In this document: in pieces, positions 37,841-50,860 of the stretch
Position numbering within the stretch: the first letter of the stretch is position 1
Layout: each line of letters starts with the position of its first letter
Origin: Octopus bimaculoides
Lineage: Eukaryota
Length of the DNA stretch: 64,000 nucleotides
Assembly (NCBI RefSeq): GCF_001194135.2
Contig: NC_069003.1
Coordinates: 17,381,937 to 17,445,936 of the forward strand
Direction: 5' to 3'
Notes under the pieces: model-generated
Told to the model about the DNA's origin: nothing
Databases searched by the model: none
Seen by the model: the letters and a program-made list of their open reading frames with translations, nothing else
Position numbers and translations under genes: made by a program

Positions 37841-40800
37841 ATCATCATCATCATTTATAGTCTGCTTTCCATGCTATCATGGGTTGGACGATTTGACTGA
37901 GGACTGGCGAACTAGATGGCTGCACCAGGCTCCAATCTGATCTGGCAAAGTTTCTACAGCTGGATGCCCTTCCTAACGCCAACCACTCCGAGAGTGTAAT
38001 GGGTGTTTTACGTGCCACCGGCACAAGGTCCAGTCTGGCGGTACTGGCAACGACCTCGCTCGAATGCTTTGTCCACATGCCACCGGCACAAGTGCCAGTA
38101 AGGTGACGCTGGTAACGATCACACTCAAATGGTGCTTTTCAGGTGCCACTGGCACGGAAGCCAGACCGCTGCTCTGGCAGTGATCCTGCTTGGATGGTGC
38201 TGTTAGCGCTCCACTGGCATGGGTGCCAGTCATCGAATTTGGTTCAGTTACAATTTCGATTTCACTTGCCTCAACAGGTCTTCGCCAGCAGGGATTTGTG
38301 TCCAAAGAAGGAAAGGTACGCATAAGTGGGCTGGCTGCATCCCTAGTAAAGACCACATGTTATGGTCTCACTAGCCTTGTCGCATCTTCTCACGCACAGC
38401 ATATTTCCAAATGTCTCGGGCACTAGTCATTGCCTCGGTGAGACCTAATGTTCGAAGGTCGTGCTACACAACCTCATCCCAGGTCTTCCTGGGTCTACCT
38501 CTTCCACAGGTACCCTCAACTGCTATGCTGTGGCACTCTTTTACACAGCTATCCACATCCATTCTTTGCCAAATGACCATCTCAGCGCAATCGTCTCTCT
38601 TGCACACCACAACTGATGCTTCTTAGGTCCAACTTTTCTCTCAAGGTAGTTACACTCTGTTGAGTATGCACACTGACATTACACATCCATTGGAGCATAC
38701 CGGCTTCATTCCTTGTGAGCTTATGCATGTCCTCAGCAGTCACGGCCCGTGTTCCACTGCCATGTAGCATGGCTGTTCATACACATGCGTCATACAGTCT
38801 GCCTTTTACTCTGAGTGAGAGGCCCTTTGTCACCAACAGAGGTAAGAGCTCTCTGAACTTTGCCCAGGCTATTCTTATTCTAGCAGCTACACTTTCAGCG
38901 CACCCTCTCCTGCTACTGACTTGGTCACCTAGGTAACCGAAGCTATCAACTACTTCTAGTTTTTCTCCATGGAATGTGGCAAAGGTTGTTTTCTGCACAT
39001 TTTCAGTGTTTATTGCTCCTGAGCATCTGCCACATACAAAAACTATCTTGCTAGTTAGCCTTCCTTTGATATTGCTGCACCTCNNNNNNNNNNNNNNNNN
39101 NNNNNNNNNNNNNNNNNNNNNNNNNNNNNNNNNNNNNNNNNNNNNNNNNNNNNNNNNNNNNNNNNNNNNNNNNNNNNNNNNNNNNNNNNNNNNNNNNNNN
39201 NNNNNNNNNNNNNNNNNNNNNNNNNNNNNNNNNNNNNNNNNNNNNNNNNNNNNNNNNNNNNNNNNNNNNNNNNNNNNNNNNNNNNNNNNNNNNNNNNNNN
39301 NNNNNNNNNNNNNNNNNNNNNNNNNNNNNNNNNNNNNNNNNNNNNNNNNNNNNNNNNNNNNNNNNNNNNNNNNNNNNNNNNNNNNNNNNNNNNNNNNNNN
39401 NNNNNNNNNNNNNNNNNNNNNNNNNNNNNNNNNNNNNNNNNNNNNNNNNNNNNNNNNNNNNNNNNNNNNNNNNNNNNNNNNNNNNNNNNNNNNNNNNNNN
39501 NNNNNNNNNNNNNNNNNNNNNNNNNNNNNNNNNNNNNNNNNNNNNNNNNNNNNNNNNNNNNNNNNNNNNNNNNNNNNNNNNNNNNNNNNNNNNNNNNNNN
39601 NNNNNNNNNNNNNNNNNNNNNNNNNNNNNNNNNNNNNNNNNNNNNNNNNNNNNNNNNNNNNNNNNNNNNNNNNNNNNNNNNNNNNNNNNNNNNNNNNNNN
39701 NNNNNNNNNNNNNNNNNNNNNNNNNNNNNAGAGGTTTATCTTTGGCTAGGTATTTCTCCTGCAGCTGTCTTACCAGAAATATAGCATCAGTAGTGCTTTT
39801 CCCTGGCATGAACCCAAACTGCATCTCATCTAAACTGACTCTCTCCCTAATTAGTTGGGCTATGACCCTCTCCATGACCTTCATTACCTGATCCAACAAC
39901 TTGATACCTCTGTAATCGTTTGTGTCTAAAGTGTCACCTTTACCTTTGTAGCAGTTGAGTATGGTGCTGCTACACCAGTCATTGGGTATGACTCCTTCGT
40001 GTATCACCTGGTTAACTATACGGGTGACTAGGCTATAGCCGACACTGCCAGATATTTTGAGCATCTCTGCAGTGATTCCTGATGGGCCGGGGGCTTTCTC
40101 TGTCTTCATACTCTTGATTGCTTTATCTACCAAGGTGTTGTCAATTAGGATAGCTGGTCCCTCTGTTGGGTCGTCGACATTCGACAGACTCTCTTTCTCC
40201 CATTCATTCTCTTTATGAAGCAACCTTTCATAGTGGTGTCTCCAAACCTCTCTCTTTGCAGCCTTGTTTAGTGCAAGTGAGCCATCATCTATGCGGACAC
40301 ATTTCTCTCCTACGACATCACGATTGTCTCTCACACACTGTCTTGCAACATGAAATACTTCAAGTCTTTGGTCCTCACGGCGCAGAACATTGGCAAATTT
40401 TGTCTTATCTGCTTCCCCTCTGGCTAAATAAACCGGTCTCTTAGCTTCCCTTGTGGCAGTCTGATACAATTCTCTAGTACCTCCGTTCTTCCAGTCTTTC
40501 CAAGCCTGTTTCTTTTGTCTAATAGCCCTGTCAACCACATTGTTCCACCACCACATTACCTTGGGTCGAGCAGGGACTTTGCACCATCCACAGATCTGGT
40601 CAGTGGCTCTCAGTAGGTTGTCCCGTAGAAACCTCCAATTGTCTTCCACATTGTGTGATGCTATATCCCCTTTTATTTCCTCAAAGGCTTCAAGTAATAC
40701 TTCTCTAAATCTGTGTCCATTTGCGGGATCTTCAGGCTTCCAGACCCTTCTCCTCCAAGATAGTCTACTTCTGGGCATCCATTTAGCCCTGATCCTGAAG

Positions 40801-41500
40801 TCGCTAACTGCTAATCTATGTTGAGGAGTACATTCTTTGCCTGGGAAGGTTTTGGCATTTATGAGCAGGCCTCTTTCTCTTTTTCTGGCGAGGATGTAGT
40901 CAATTTGGCTAGTGTGTCTGCCAGAACGGCAGGTAGGTGACAGGCGGGTTTCCTGAAGTTGGTATTGCAAACCATAAGATCATTTGCATTGCAGAACTTC
41001 AGCAGTCTGGTTCCCTACTCGTTGCGGGAACCAGAGCCATAGCCTCCATGTAAGCTCCCTGCATGTTGTCCAACATGTCCATTGAAGTCACCAGCCACAA
41101 AGAGAAGGTCCCTGTCATTCGGTAGCCCCAGTTGAGGGGCATAGGCCGAGATAACGGTAGCTCACCTATGGTGAAGCACTAATCTAATCTTAAGTACTCT
41201 GACACATACTCTGACTACCTCGATTACCTTATCAACCCATTTCTCTGCAAGAAGTATACCCACGCCTCTGACCCCGTCAGTGTTCCCTGCCCAGAAAATC
41301 TTGTACCTGTGTTCTTTGCCTGTGAAGAAACTAGTGGAACCTCCTCTACACCTTACTTCTTGGATGCAGCACAAATCTACACGTCTCCGTTCAAGCATCT
41401 CAACAATCTCACCAGACCTACCTTTCAGTGTGCCAACGTTGAGTGTGCCGGGCCTGTGAGACCCTGGGATGAGGGACAGCAGTGTCATGTACCTGAAAAG
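37841..41500 (-). mobile_element. RTE-clade LINE, near full length (gap 39084-39729)
   Basis: APE endonuclease start (TLNVGTLKGRSGEIVEMLERRRVDLCCIQE), an uninterrupted EN-RT frame over 39730-40970 (KAPGPSGIT...YRGIKLL...QFGFMPGKSTTDAIF), RT C-terminus, 3' UTR and (GAT)n tail. Frameshift and deletion near 40970-41130. Confidence 0.95.
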
Positions 41501-41961
41501 AAAGCCTGCATTTGGCAGAATTCATAAACAAACAATAGCCTACAACCTGCATACACTACACCAATTTTATGCGCTATATGATCGATAAACCCTAGGGGTG
41601 GGGATGGCATTAGGCCCTTAGAAGTGTTCGCGGAAGACAACCAAAGGATGACAGAAGATAGGAACTTCCGGTAAAAGTGGAGGAGGCTGGAGGGCGGGTG
41701 TACCACGAGCCAGCAAGTTTAGACGAGAGCATCTTCTGCACTTGTATACTATGGTAGACAAAATTAGAGAGAATGAATTAACGAAATGATAAACTTGTAT
41801 AATAAATAAAATATGACGATTAAAGGATATGCATGAACTTAAGACAAACAAGGAAGACGAATCTATCAGACTATGTTTACATGGCAAAGAAATAGATAAT
41901 AAAGAACGAATGGTGGTGGTGGTGGTGGTGGGGGGGATATGGTTATGATCTACGCAGAAAC

Positions 41962-43985
41962 AGGAGTACATGAACGAGGTTGAAAGGATAAAATTTCTTA
42001 TTTGATCATCTTCTGAAATTCATATTCTATCAGCAGAGGAATTGAAATAAGATATAAGTTAGAGGTAATGTAACCTTCTAAGGGATAGATGTATCCATAG
42101 GCACTTCTGGCATGACCTCAGTATGTATGGTCCTAGTTGTAAAGTATACAGTAGTAGGTAATTTAAAGGTAAAACCGTGCTTTAATATATATAGATAAGA
42201 AATGGGGCAATTTACAGTGAGAAGTGGATCATTGGTCATTATTTAATTAAGATGAGAGTATGTTTACAGCTGTTTCTGTATATCAAGCAGGAGTAAATTT
42301 CTATTTACCTCATTACAGTTGATAGACATCTTCATTCTATAATGAGATAAGCACTTGAACCTAAATAACAAATACTCAGAAATCTTTAGGAATAAAATTA
42401 GAGTAGGCCATAGCTTAACAAGTAACCTAGCTACTATCATAGCCTCAATCAACAATAAAAAGCTAGATGCCTTCTATGAAACTAGCAAAAATAACAACAT
42501 AAATCATAGCAACTAATCGATAGATATAATAAATGTCATCCCTAATAACTCGCCCTCAAATAACACGGACAAGTACTTTATAAATAATAACCCCCCTCAA
42601 CACAACATACGCACAGATAAGCTTAATAATTTATGTGGCTGCAGGGATAAAAACATTTGTGAATTCTCTAATATTTGTAAAACTAGAAACGTAATCTACC
42701 AATGCAATGTATTCACAAATAATTACAAGATATCTTATATAGGAGCAACTAAAAATGCAATGATACTTAGATATGATTCTCACTGATCTAATTTCAGAAA
42801 TAGAAGTAAAGCAAACTCTACCAGACTTAGTAGTTACATTTGGGAATTGAAAGACAAAAATATTAACTATAGCTCAGAATGACGTATCCTAGCCAAAACT
42901 TCCTGATATAACATTAACAATAATCGCTGTGACCTCTGTGTAAATGAGAAATTCTATATCTCAATGGCCAAATTACATCTACTTAATAAAAGACATGAGA
43001 AAAAAATTTTTGTCTGCATAAAGGCCGATTCGTATTCTCAAAATATCGCTAATCCCTATCTTACAGGTTATTAGCGAACCTGCTTAACCTCACATTACCT
43101 CCCCTTAACCTTCTCACATACGACTTAGTACTACTCAACTTCACTCCACATTGTAACTAATTACTGAACTTATGTACTATGGAAGGTACTATTTTCTTAT
43201 AATTTAATTTCACTTGATAGCTAGACTACTGACTACTTGATAGCTAGACTACTTGCCATAATTTCCCTATCGATCTTAGTGTTTTTCTATGCACTCTTCA
43301 ACCCTTTCTATTATTCCTTTACTTAGCCCATTGGACACACTGTATCGTACATACTTTGAATAATTAACCTTACACTATGGCTTCCTTTGAAACTACATGA
43401 ACTAACTTACAAGTCATAAATTAGCATCACATATGTCCAAACAACTACACTAGACATCTCCAATAGCTATAACTCCTTCGGCTTACACCGGCAGTCGACT
43501 AGCCATGGGCGCCAGATGATAGAACCTATGGACATGTGCAATTATGAAACTAACTAATTATAAGACCATGGATTTAACAAACTATCTTCTCTTCTATCCT
43601 CCAACTGATATAGTGAATTATGGAAGTCATTAAAATGTATGACTATTGAATTAAACATTTTTTCCTTTTTCCTTGCCTTTCCTTATATTTACTTACTTTT
43701 TTCCTTCTATTTATCTTTCGTCATATAACTGTTCTGAAGATGTTTATCAGCTATAACAAGGTAAATACAAATTTACTCCAGCTTGATATACAGAAACAAC
43801 TGTAAACATACTCTCGTCTTAATTAAATAATGACCAATGATCCACTTCTCACTGTAAATTGCTCCATTTCTTATCATCTCTATATACATATATATATTTT
43901 TTTTAATGCCTCTGCCGAAGAATACAAATCTCAGAAGATGCTCAGATAAGAATTTTTGTCTTTTCAACCTCGTTCAACTACTCTT
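41962..43985 (+). mobile_element. Penelope-like element with inverted terminal repeats
   Basis: GIY-YIG remnant at about 42650-43030 (CKTRNVIYQC...SYIGAT...STRLSSYIWELKDK...RCDLCVNEK). Blocks 41962-42040 and 42185-42334 are inverted relative to 43905-43985 and 43735-43890. Confidence 0.85.
43730..43808 (+). ncRNA. Hammerhead ribozyme motif, intact core
   Basis: TGTT-CTGAAGA(43734-40), extended stem II tgtttatcagct/agcttgatataca capped by GTAAAT-ACAA-ATTTAC, then GAAAC(43793-97)-AACT-GTA-AACA. Confidence 0.7.
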
Positions 43986-44182
43986 AAACTCCTTATTAGT
44001 TCTTTTCATTATTCTGTCTATTTCATTACCATGTCCTCAAGTAAATATAGTTGTTGCCTTAAGATAACCTTAGTTCACGCATTTCCTTAACTGCAACATA
44101 TTCATTCATTTATTCAAGTTTATCACACAGTCACTTATTTCTCTAATTTTGTCTTAGATTGGCTGACCGAAAACTCTAAGAT

Positions 44183-44602
44183 TTGGGTATACTTCTTGCG
44201 GAGAAATAGGTTAAGGTAATCGAGGTAGTCAGAGTATGCGACAGAATACTTAAGATAAGATTAGTGCTTCATCATGGGTTAGCAACCATTATCTCGGCCT
44301 ATGCCCCTCAGCCGGGGCTACCTGAGGGACAGAAAGACCGATTTTATGACACCCTCTTGCAGACTACCTCATTGACGAATGACAGGGACCTTCTCTTTGT
44401 GACTGGTGACTTCAATGGACATGTTGGACAACATACAGGGGTCGTCCATGGTGTACATGGAAGCTATGAGTTTGGTTCTTGCAATGAGGAGGGAACCAGG
44501 CTGCTGAAGTTCTGCGATGCAAATGATCTTATGGTTTGCAATACTAACTTCAGGAAACCTGCCAGTCACCTACCGTTCTGGAAGACACACTAGCCAAATT
44601 GA
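44183..44602 (+). mobile_element. RTE endonuclease fragment
   Basis: ORF 44264-44593 (ISAYAPQPG...GDFNGHVG...NEEGTRLLKFCDANDL). Confidence 0.88.
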
Positions 44603-44604
44603 TC

Positions 44605-46775
44605 ATCCACCTACACCTTTTCTACAGATTGAGCAGGGTCACCTACCTGAGGGGGGGGGGATGTGTTCGCTTTCCTACTTACTAGAACTTTGGTCTTTGC
44701 TACATTGACTCTAAGGCCCTTCGATTCTAACCCTTGCTTCCACACCTGAAATTTCTTTTCTAGTTCTGGCAGTGATTTTGCTATGAGGGCCAGGTCATAG
44801 CAACCTGTCTGGAATTCCTATGTTATTGCTTGGAGGACTATGATGAATAAAAGGGGGCTGGACCTTGGTGAACCCCTACATCTACCTGGAATTCTTCACT
44901 ATACTCATTGCCAATCTTAACCTTACTAACGGCCTCTCTGTATAGGGCCTGTACAGCCCTTGTTAACCATTCGTCAATCCCCAGTTTCTGCATCGCCCAC
45001 CAGATAAGGTATCAGGGGACCCTATCTAAGGCTTTCTCCAAGTCCACAAAAGCTAAGTATAGGGGTTTATCTTTAGCTAGGTATTTCTCCTGCAGTTGTC
45101 GAACCAGGAATATGGCATCAGTGGTGCTTCTACCCAGCACAAAACCGAACTGCATCTCATCTAAGTTATTTCTATCTAAAGCATCACCTTTACCCTTGTA
45201 GCAGTTGACTATGGTGATGTTATGCAAGTCATTGGGTATGACTCCATCATGAACTACTTGGTTTACAATGCAGGTGACTAGGCCATAGCTCACACCACCA
45301 GATATTTTAAGCATCTCAGCAGTGATTCCTGATGGGCCAGGGGCTTTTCCTGGCTTCATACTCTTAATTGCTTTATCTACAAGGGAGCTGTCTATTCGGA
45401 TAGTTGGTCCCTCTACTGGGTCAACATTTGGCAGGCTCTCCTCTTCCCATTCATTCTCCACGTTCAGCAGTCTTTCATAATGTCTTCTACAAGCCTTTTT
45501 CTTTTCCGAATCCTTAAAAGCAAGTGCACCATCATTCATGCGGACACATTTCTCTCCTGTGACATCACAATTTTCTCTCACGCAGTCTTGCAATCCGAAA
45601 TACCTGTTCTTTGGTCTTCACGGCACTGGACATTGGCAAACTTCTTCCTTTCTGCTTCACCCTTGGCTATGTATACCTGCCGCCCAGCCTCCCTTTTGGC
45701 TACCTGGTACAGTTCCCTGCTACCCCCACCCTTCCAGGCTTTCCAGGCCTGTTTCTTTGCTCTAATGGCTTTGTCTACTGTACTATTCCACCACCATGTA
45801 AGTCTAGGTCTGGAAGGGACTTTGCACCATCCGCAGACTTGGTCTGTGGCACTCAGCAAGCTGTCCCATAGGAATTTCCAGCTACCTTCTATGTCCGATG
45901 TCTGTAGCTCCTCCTCCTTCTCATCAAATTTCTTTTGAGGATGTCCCTAAATCTCTGACCATGTGAACGGTTCTTTAGCTTCCAAATCCTTCTTTTTGGG
46001 ATTGGTCTGCTTCTTGGTATCCTTCTGGCCTCAAGCCTAAAGTCACTAATGACTAGCCTATACCTGGGGGGTACATTCTTCACCCAGGAGGGTTTTTGTA
46101 TTTAAGAGCAACCCTGTGTCCTGCTGTCTGGTGAAAATGAAATCAATCTGGCTCGGAGAGTCACCTGATTGATAGGTTATCAGGTAGATGTCTAATTTCC
46201 TGAAATTAGTGTTGCAGATTAAAAGGTTACATGCATCACAGAACTCCAGTAGCTTAGTTCCCTCGTCGTTTCGGGAACCAATACCATGGCCCCTGTGTCC
46301 ACCAGTGAAGATACCGGATTGCCGCACAACATGCCCATTAAAATCTTCAGCCACAAAGATGAGGTCATTGCTACTTGTCTTTGAGGTAGCCTGTAAAAGG
46401 GTATCATAAAAATGGTCCTTCTGATCATTTGGTAGGCCCATTTGTGGGGTGTAGGCAGAGATAATTGTAGCTGTGCTGTTCTGCAGGACTAGCCTAAGCT
46501 TAAGCACTCTACCATATACCCTGACAACCTCTATGATATTATCTACCCATTTCTCCACAAGGAGTATGCCTACACCCCCCACTCCATCCGTGTTACATTG
46601 CCAGAAGATTTTGACCTATGTGCCTTGACTGTGAGGACCCTAGCTGAAGCTCCTCTCCATTTTACCTCTTGTATGCAGCATACATCGACACATCTCCTTT
46701 CAAGCATCTCTACAATCTCACTAGACCTACCTTTCAGTGTGCCTACATTGACAGTACCAACTCTGAAAACTGGGA
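44605..46775 (-). mobile_element. RTE LINE (EN+RT), frameshifted, 3'-truncated
   Basis: ORFs 46058-46582 (EN), 45578-45859 and 45012-45593 (RT: STTDAIF...FVDLEKALDRVP). Ends at the start of the Cys-rich domain. Confidence 0.92.
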
Positions 46776-46970
46776 AAGAAATGTGGGGTGAGGCTTGTGG
46801 AGGAGAGATGTTATTCAGTGACTGAAAAGAGGGAGGTTATCGTGTTGTTTTTTTAGGCATGTTTCATCTGTTCTCACTTCTAACCTGACATCATTCAAAC
46901 ATTAAAGTGTGTTAGGATTAAGATTGTAGCTCCTTCTAGAGGTAGGATTAGGTGTTTTAGGTGTTAGCGG

Positions 46971-47122
46971 CATTGTGAGTATAAGCATTATGGTTGTCAT
47001 AAGGGGTGGGTGGGTGATTTCAGACAGAGAGCGGAAGCAAGTTCATCCATTGTGAGTATAAGCATTATGGTCATTGTAAGAGGAAGGGATTTCAGACAGA
47101 GAGAGGAAACAAGTTCATCCAT
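46971..47122 (+). repeat. Two tandem ~76-bp units
   Basis: CATTGTGAGTATAAGCATTATGG...GATTTCAGACAGAGAG...AAGTTCATCCAT occurs twice. Confidence 0.85.
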
Positions 47123-48479
47123 ACATACACACAAGCACGCACGCACAGACACAGGCGAACAAGCACACATGTACAGCCCATTAGCTGTCTCCTTCAATTG
47201 ATATGTGCATAGAAAATTACTGGAATATTTCTAGACGGGACGAAACGAAGAATAGTCGGTTAAGTAGGTGGGCAGTGAATATATATATATATATATATAT
47301 ANNNNNNNNNNNNNNNNNNNNNNNNNNNNNNNNNNNNNNNNNNNNNNNNNNNNNNNNNNNNNNNNNNNNNNNNNNNNNNNNNNNNNNNNNNNNNNNNNNN
47401 NNNNNNNNNNNNNNNNNNNNNNNNNNNNNNNNNNNNNNNNNNNNNNNNNNNNNNNNNNNNNNNNNNNNNNNNNNNNNNNNNNNNNNNNNNNNNNNNNNNN
47501 NNNNNNNNNNNNNNNNNNNNNNNNNNNNNNNNNNNNNNNNNNNNNNNNNNNNNNNNNNNNNNNNNNNNNNNNNNNNNNNNNNNNNNNNNNNNNNNNNNNN
47601 NNNNNNNNNNNNNNNNNNNNNNNNNNNNNNNNNNNNNNNNNNNNNNNNNNNNNNNNNNNNNNNNNNNNCATAGAAAGAAATTATACATTAATCCCAATTT
47701 TTATAGGCAGTTGTATCCGTAAAAATATTATTTGCAGAGAGCAGAAATTGAAAGATAAGATATATGAAATGGATGTGCATATGTGTGTGTATGTGAGAGA
47801 GAGAAAGAGAGATAGAGTGAGTGAGTGAAGTTGTGTGTCATTGACTTACGTTGGCTGGCACGGCAAGTATGAAGCTTTTGAGGTGGCAGATGACTGGGGT
47901 AATTTGGAAGTTGTGAAGAAATGCCGTCTTTTCAGTGGAGTGCTTCTTTGTAGGCAACGTTTCTCGTTTTCCCTTCTGATGCACAAATGTATTGACTTTG
48001 TGGCCTGCCAACACGGTAGCATCTAACATAAAGTTGACCGTGGGAGAACACTTGCTCTGTGAGATTGAAACCAACCATTTGCAATGATTAGCCTTATAAT
48101 TCTGCGTATTATGTAGTTTGAATGAGAAACTGTAAGGTGTGTGAGCAACTGGTTGTGTTAATGGCAGAAGGGGAATTGCATTAGAAAAAGTTTTAATCAA
48201 TGTTCTCGGTAAGTATGGTGGCTAGGAAAAAATAGAAGAGGCATTAAGAAGTTGACATTAAGAATTGCTTAAACAGAAAATGAAACTGTAAGAATTAATG
48301 GGGAAATTGTATGTAAGAATTGATAGCAGACGTATCCAATTTAAGAAAAGTGAAGATAAAAGCTAAGTGAAGAAGTATGGAATAAGTAGAGAAAATGGGG
48401 TGGGGGGAGGGCGGAAATTTTTCCGAAATATCTTCACAGGAAACAGCTTCAGGTGTTGTGAAGAAAGAATATGTAGGTA

Positions 48480-50060
48480 GTCTGTTTCTGAGAACTTGTC
48501 AATGGGCCATCTGGTGTATGATGGAATTTGACACTGCTGCTCTCAGCTGTGCCTCATGTCTAGCCATTGGTTCATCTGGTATTGTGGACAGGAGCGTGTC
48601 CAGTTTCTTTTTTGAAGACTTCCACATCTATATCGTGCAAGTTTCTCAATTGTTTTGGCAGAGCATTGACGAGCTGCAGTCCTCTGAACCCTAGGCCATT
48701 GCAGTACCTGTTTCTTATGTTAGATGCATTGGATGGTACCTTTGGTAGTATGCAGTGGCATCCAGTACAAGCATTCATATAACACTTGATACCAAAATTG
48801 GGTACTAGCCCTTCCAGTATTCTCCATATGTAAATTATCACATATCTCTCACATCTGCGCTCTGGGGAGAATTGTAGCTTTTTCAGCCTCATCTGTTGGA
48901 CTGTAGCAATTTTTTAGTGTAGTGACGCTGGATCGCTTCAAACTCTGCTGTTAGTTTGACAATGTGTGGTAATCACAGCCGAGAGCAGTAGTCTAGGCAA
49001 CTGAGGACAAAGGTCTTCCATAGAGTCAACACGACTTCCTGATCTCTTGTTCTGAATGTCCTTAGTATCCATCTCACCAGTTGTCTGCACTTTGCTATCA
49101 ACTTGGTAATGTGCATGTGAAATGATGCATCATTACACATACTGATGCCCAGGTCTCTCACTGTCTGTGACTCTGGGATTGCAGTACCTCCAGGTCTGGT
49201 AAATGCCAGTTGTGGAGCATTTGTGATCTTATAGCACAGTGCTTGAAATGTTTCAGTATTAAATTGCATATTGTTTAGCTCTGTCCACTTGTATATTGCA
49301 TTTAGGTCGTCCTGCAGGTTTACAACATCATTAGAATACTTTATTGCCTGTAATAATTTTGTATCATCGGTGTAGCGAGTGACAGTGGCTGTCTGAGTGA
49401 CTGTCGGTATGTCTAAGAGGGCTACGACAAACAGTAATGGCCCTAAAACAGTTCTCTGAGGGACACCACTCGAACTTTGTGCTTCCCTGGCTGCAACTGT
49501 CTGACTTCTATTGTTTAGGAAGTCATGCAGTCACTCTCCTAGTTTACTAGCTATACCAAGGTTTCACAACTTGTGACATATCATGCCATGATCAACTTTG
49601 TTGAAGGCCTTTGCAAAATTAAGATATATCACATCAACATTTGAATGGTCAAGCAGCTGCTAACCCAGTCATAATGCCATAAGAGCTGTGTGATGCAGCT
49701 TCTGCCTGGATGGAAGCTGAATATCGTTCAGCAAGTCATTTTCTTCTAAGAATGTAATCAGTTTCTTTCTGACAATTCGCTCCTTGACTTTGCTGATATG
49801 TGAAGTCAGAGAGATGGGTCTGTAGTTTTTGGCCTCTGCTCTGCTTCCACCTTTATGGATAGGGCATATGATACCTTCTTTTAGCTTTTTGGGAAGTTTA
49901 CCACCTTCAAGGAAACTCTGGAAGAGTATACAAAGCGGTCCCACTTATTCTTGTTTACATGATTTTAAGAGAATAACTGTGAAACCATCAGGGCCAGTTG
50001 CTGAGTTTAGCGTTATCATGCATGCCAGGAAGACAATGCTGTTCAACAAAGATTCAACAT
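48480..50060 (-). mobile_element. CR1/L2-type LINE RT region, decayed
   Basis: PIHKGGSRAEAKNYRPISLTS, DFAKAFNKVDH, MQFN...RDLGI...LDYCS and LKKLQFSPERRCERY motifs with frameshifts. Confidence 0.9.
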
Positions 50061-50079
50061 GGGTCAAGTAAACTGACCC

Positions 50080-50860
50080 TAAGTGATTTTTTGATGTGAC
50101 CATAGGAGCCTATGACAGTGTGGGCATCTACAACCTTATTGGACTGTACATTCTGGACCATCTTGGGAAGAGGTTCCCTTTGATCTCTACAGCGACGATG
50201 TCCTAGTCTTTTCTAGAGGAGCCAACGGGTACACACTAGATAGACTTAGAAAGGACCTAATTAGCACCCTAGGATCAATGGGACTCAAGACCACCAGTGA
50301 GACTAATCTCACTACAGTAGATTTCCTACATGTTACTTTAGATCTGACTCTGGTACATACAGGCCCCCATCACAAGCCAAACGAGAAGCTGTCTTATATT
50401 AACACATCCTCCTGCCACCCCACTATAGTATTCAAGAACCTAGTGAAGGGTGTAAATGAGAGAATCTCGAATCTATCCTCTAGCCAAGACATCTTTGATG
50501 CCGCTGCCCCCTACTACAACAAGGCACTTGCATTGAGTGGGTTTAAGGACCACATCTTCTACATGCCCAGCCTTAGTACCTGGAAAATGAAGTACTGCAG
50601 AAACATCGTTTGGTTTGCCCCATCCTTCTCACTTGATGTCAAGACTTGTGTGGAAAGGATTTTCCTCGGGTTAATAGATAAGCATTTCACACCCACACAT
50701 ATAGATACAGGTATTTAACAGGCACAACCTAAGAGTCTCCTTCAGTTGTGCACCTAACATAAAAAGCATTTTAACAAGCACCCACAAAAGAAGGGAGGGA
50801 GCAGCTTGCTCTGACAGCGTATACAATAACTGTCTAGCAGGAGGCCAAAGGAGTCATCTA
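50080..50860 (+). mobile_element. Penelope-like RT C-terminal remnant
   Basis: FDVTIGAYD...LYSDD (YRDD variant) and ORF 50278-50718 (VDFLHVTLDL...KPNEKLSYINTSSCHP...APYYNKAL). Confidence 0.88.
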
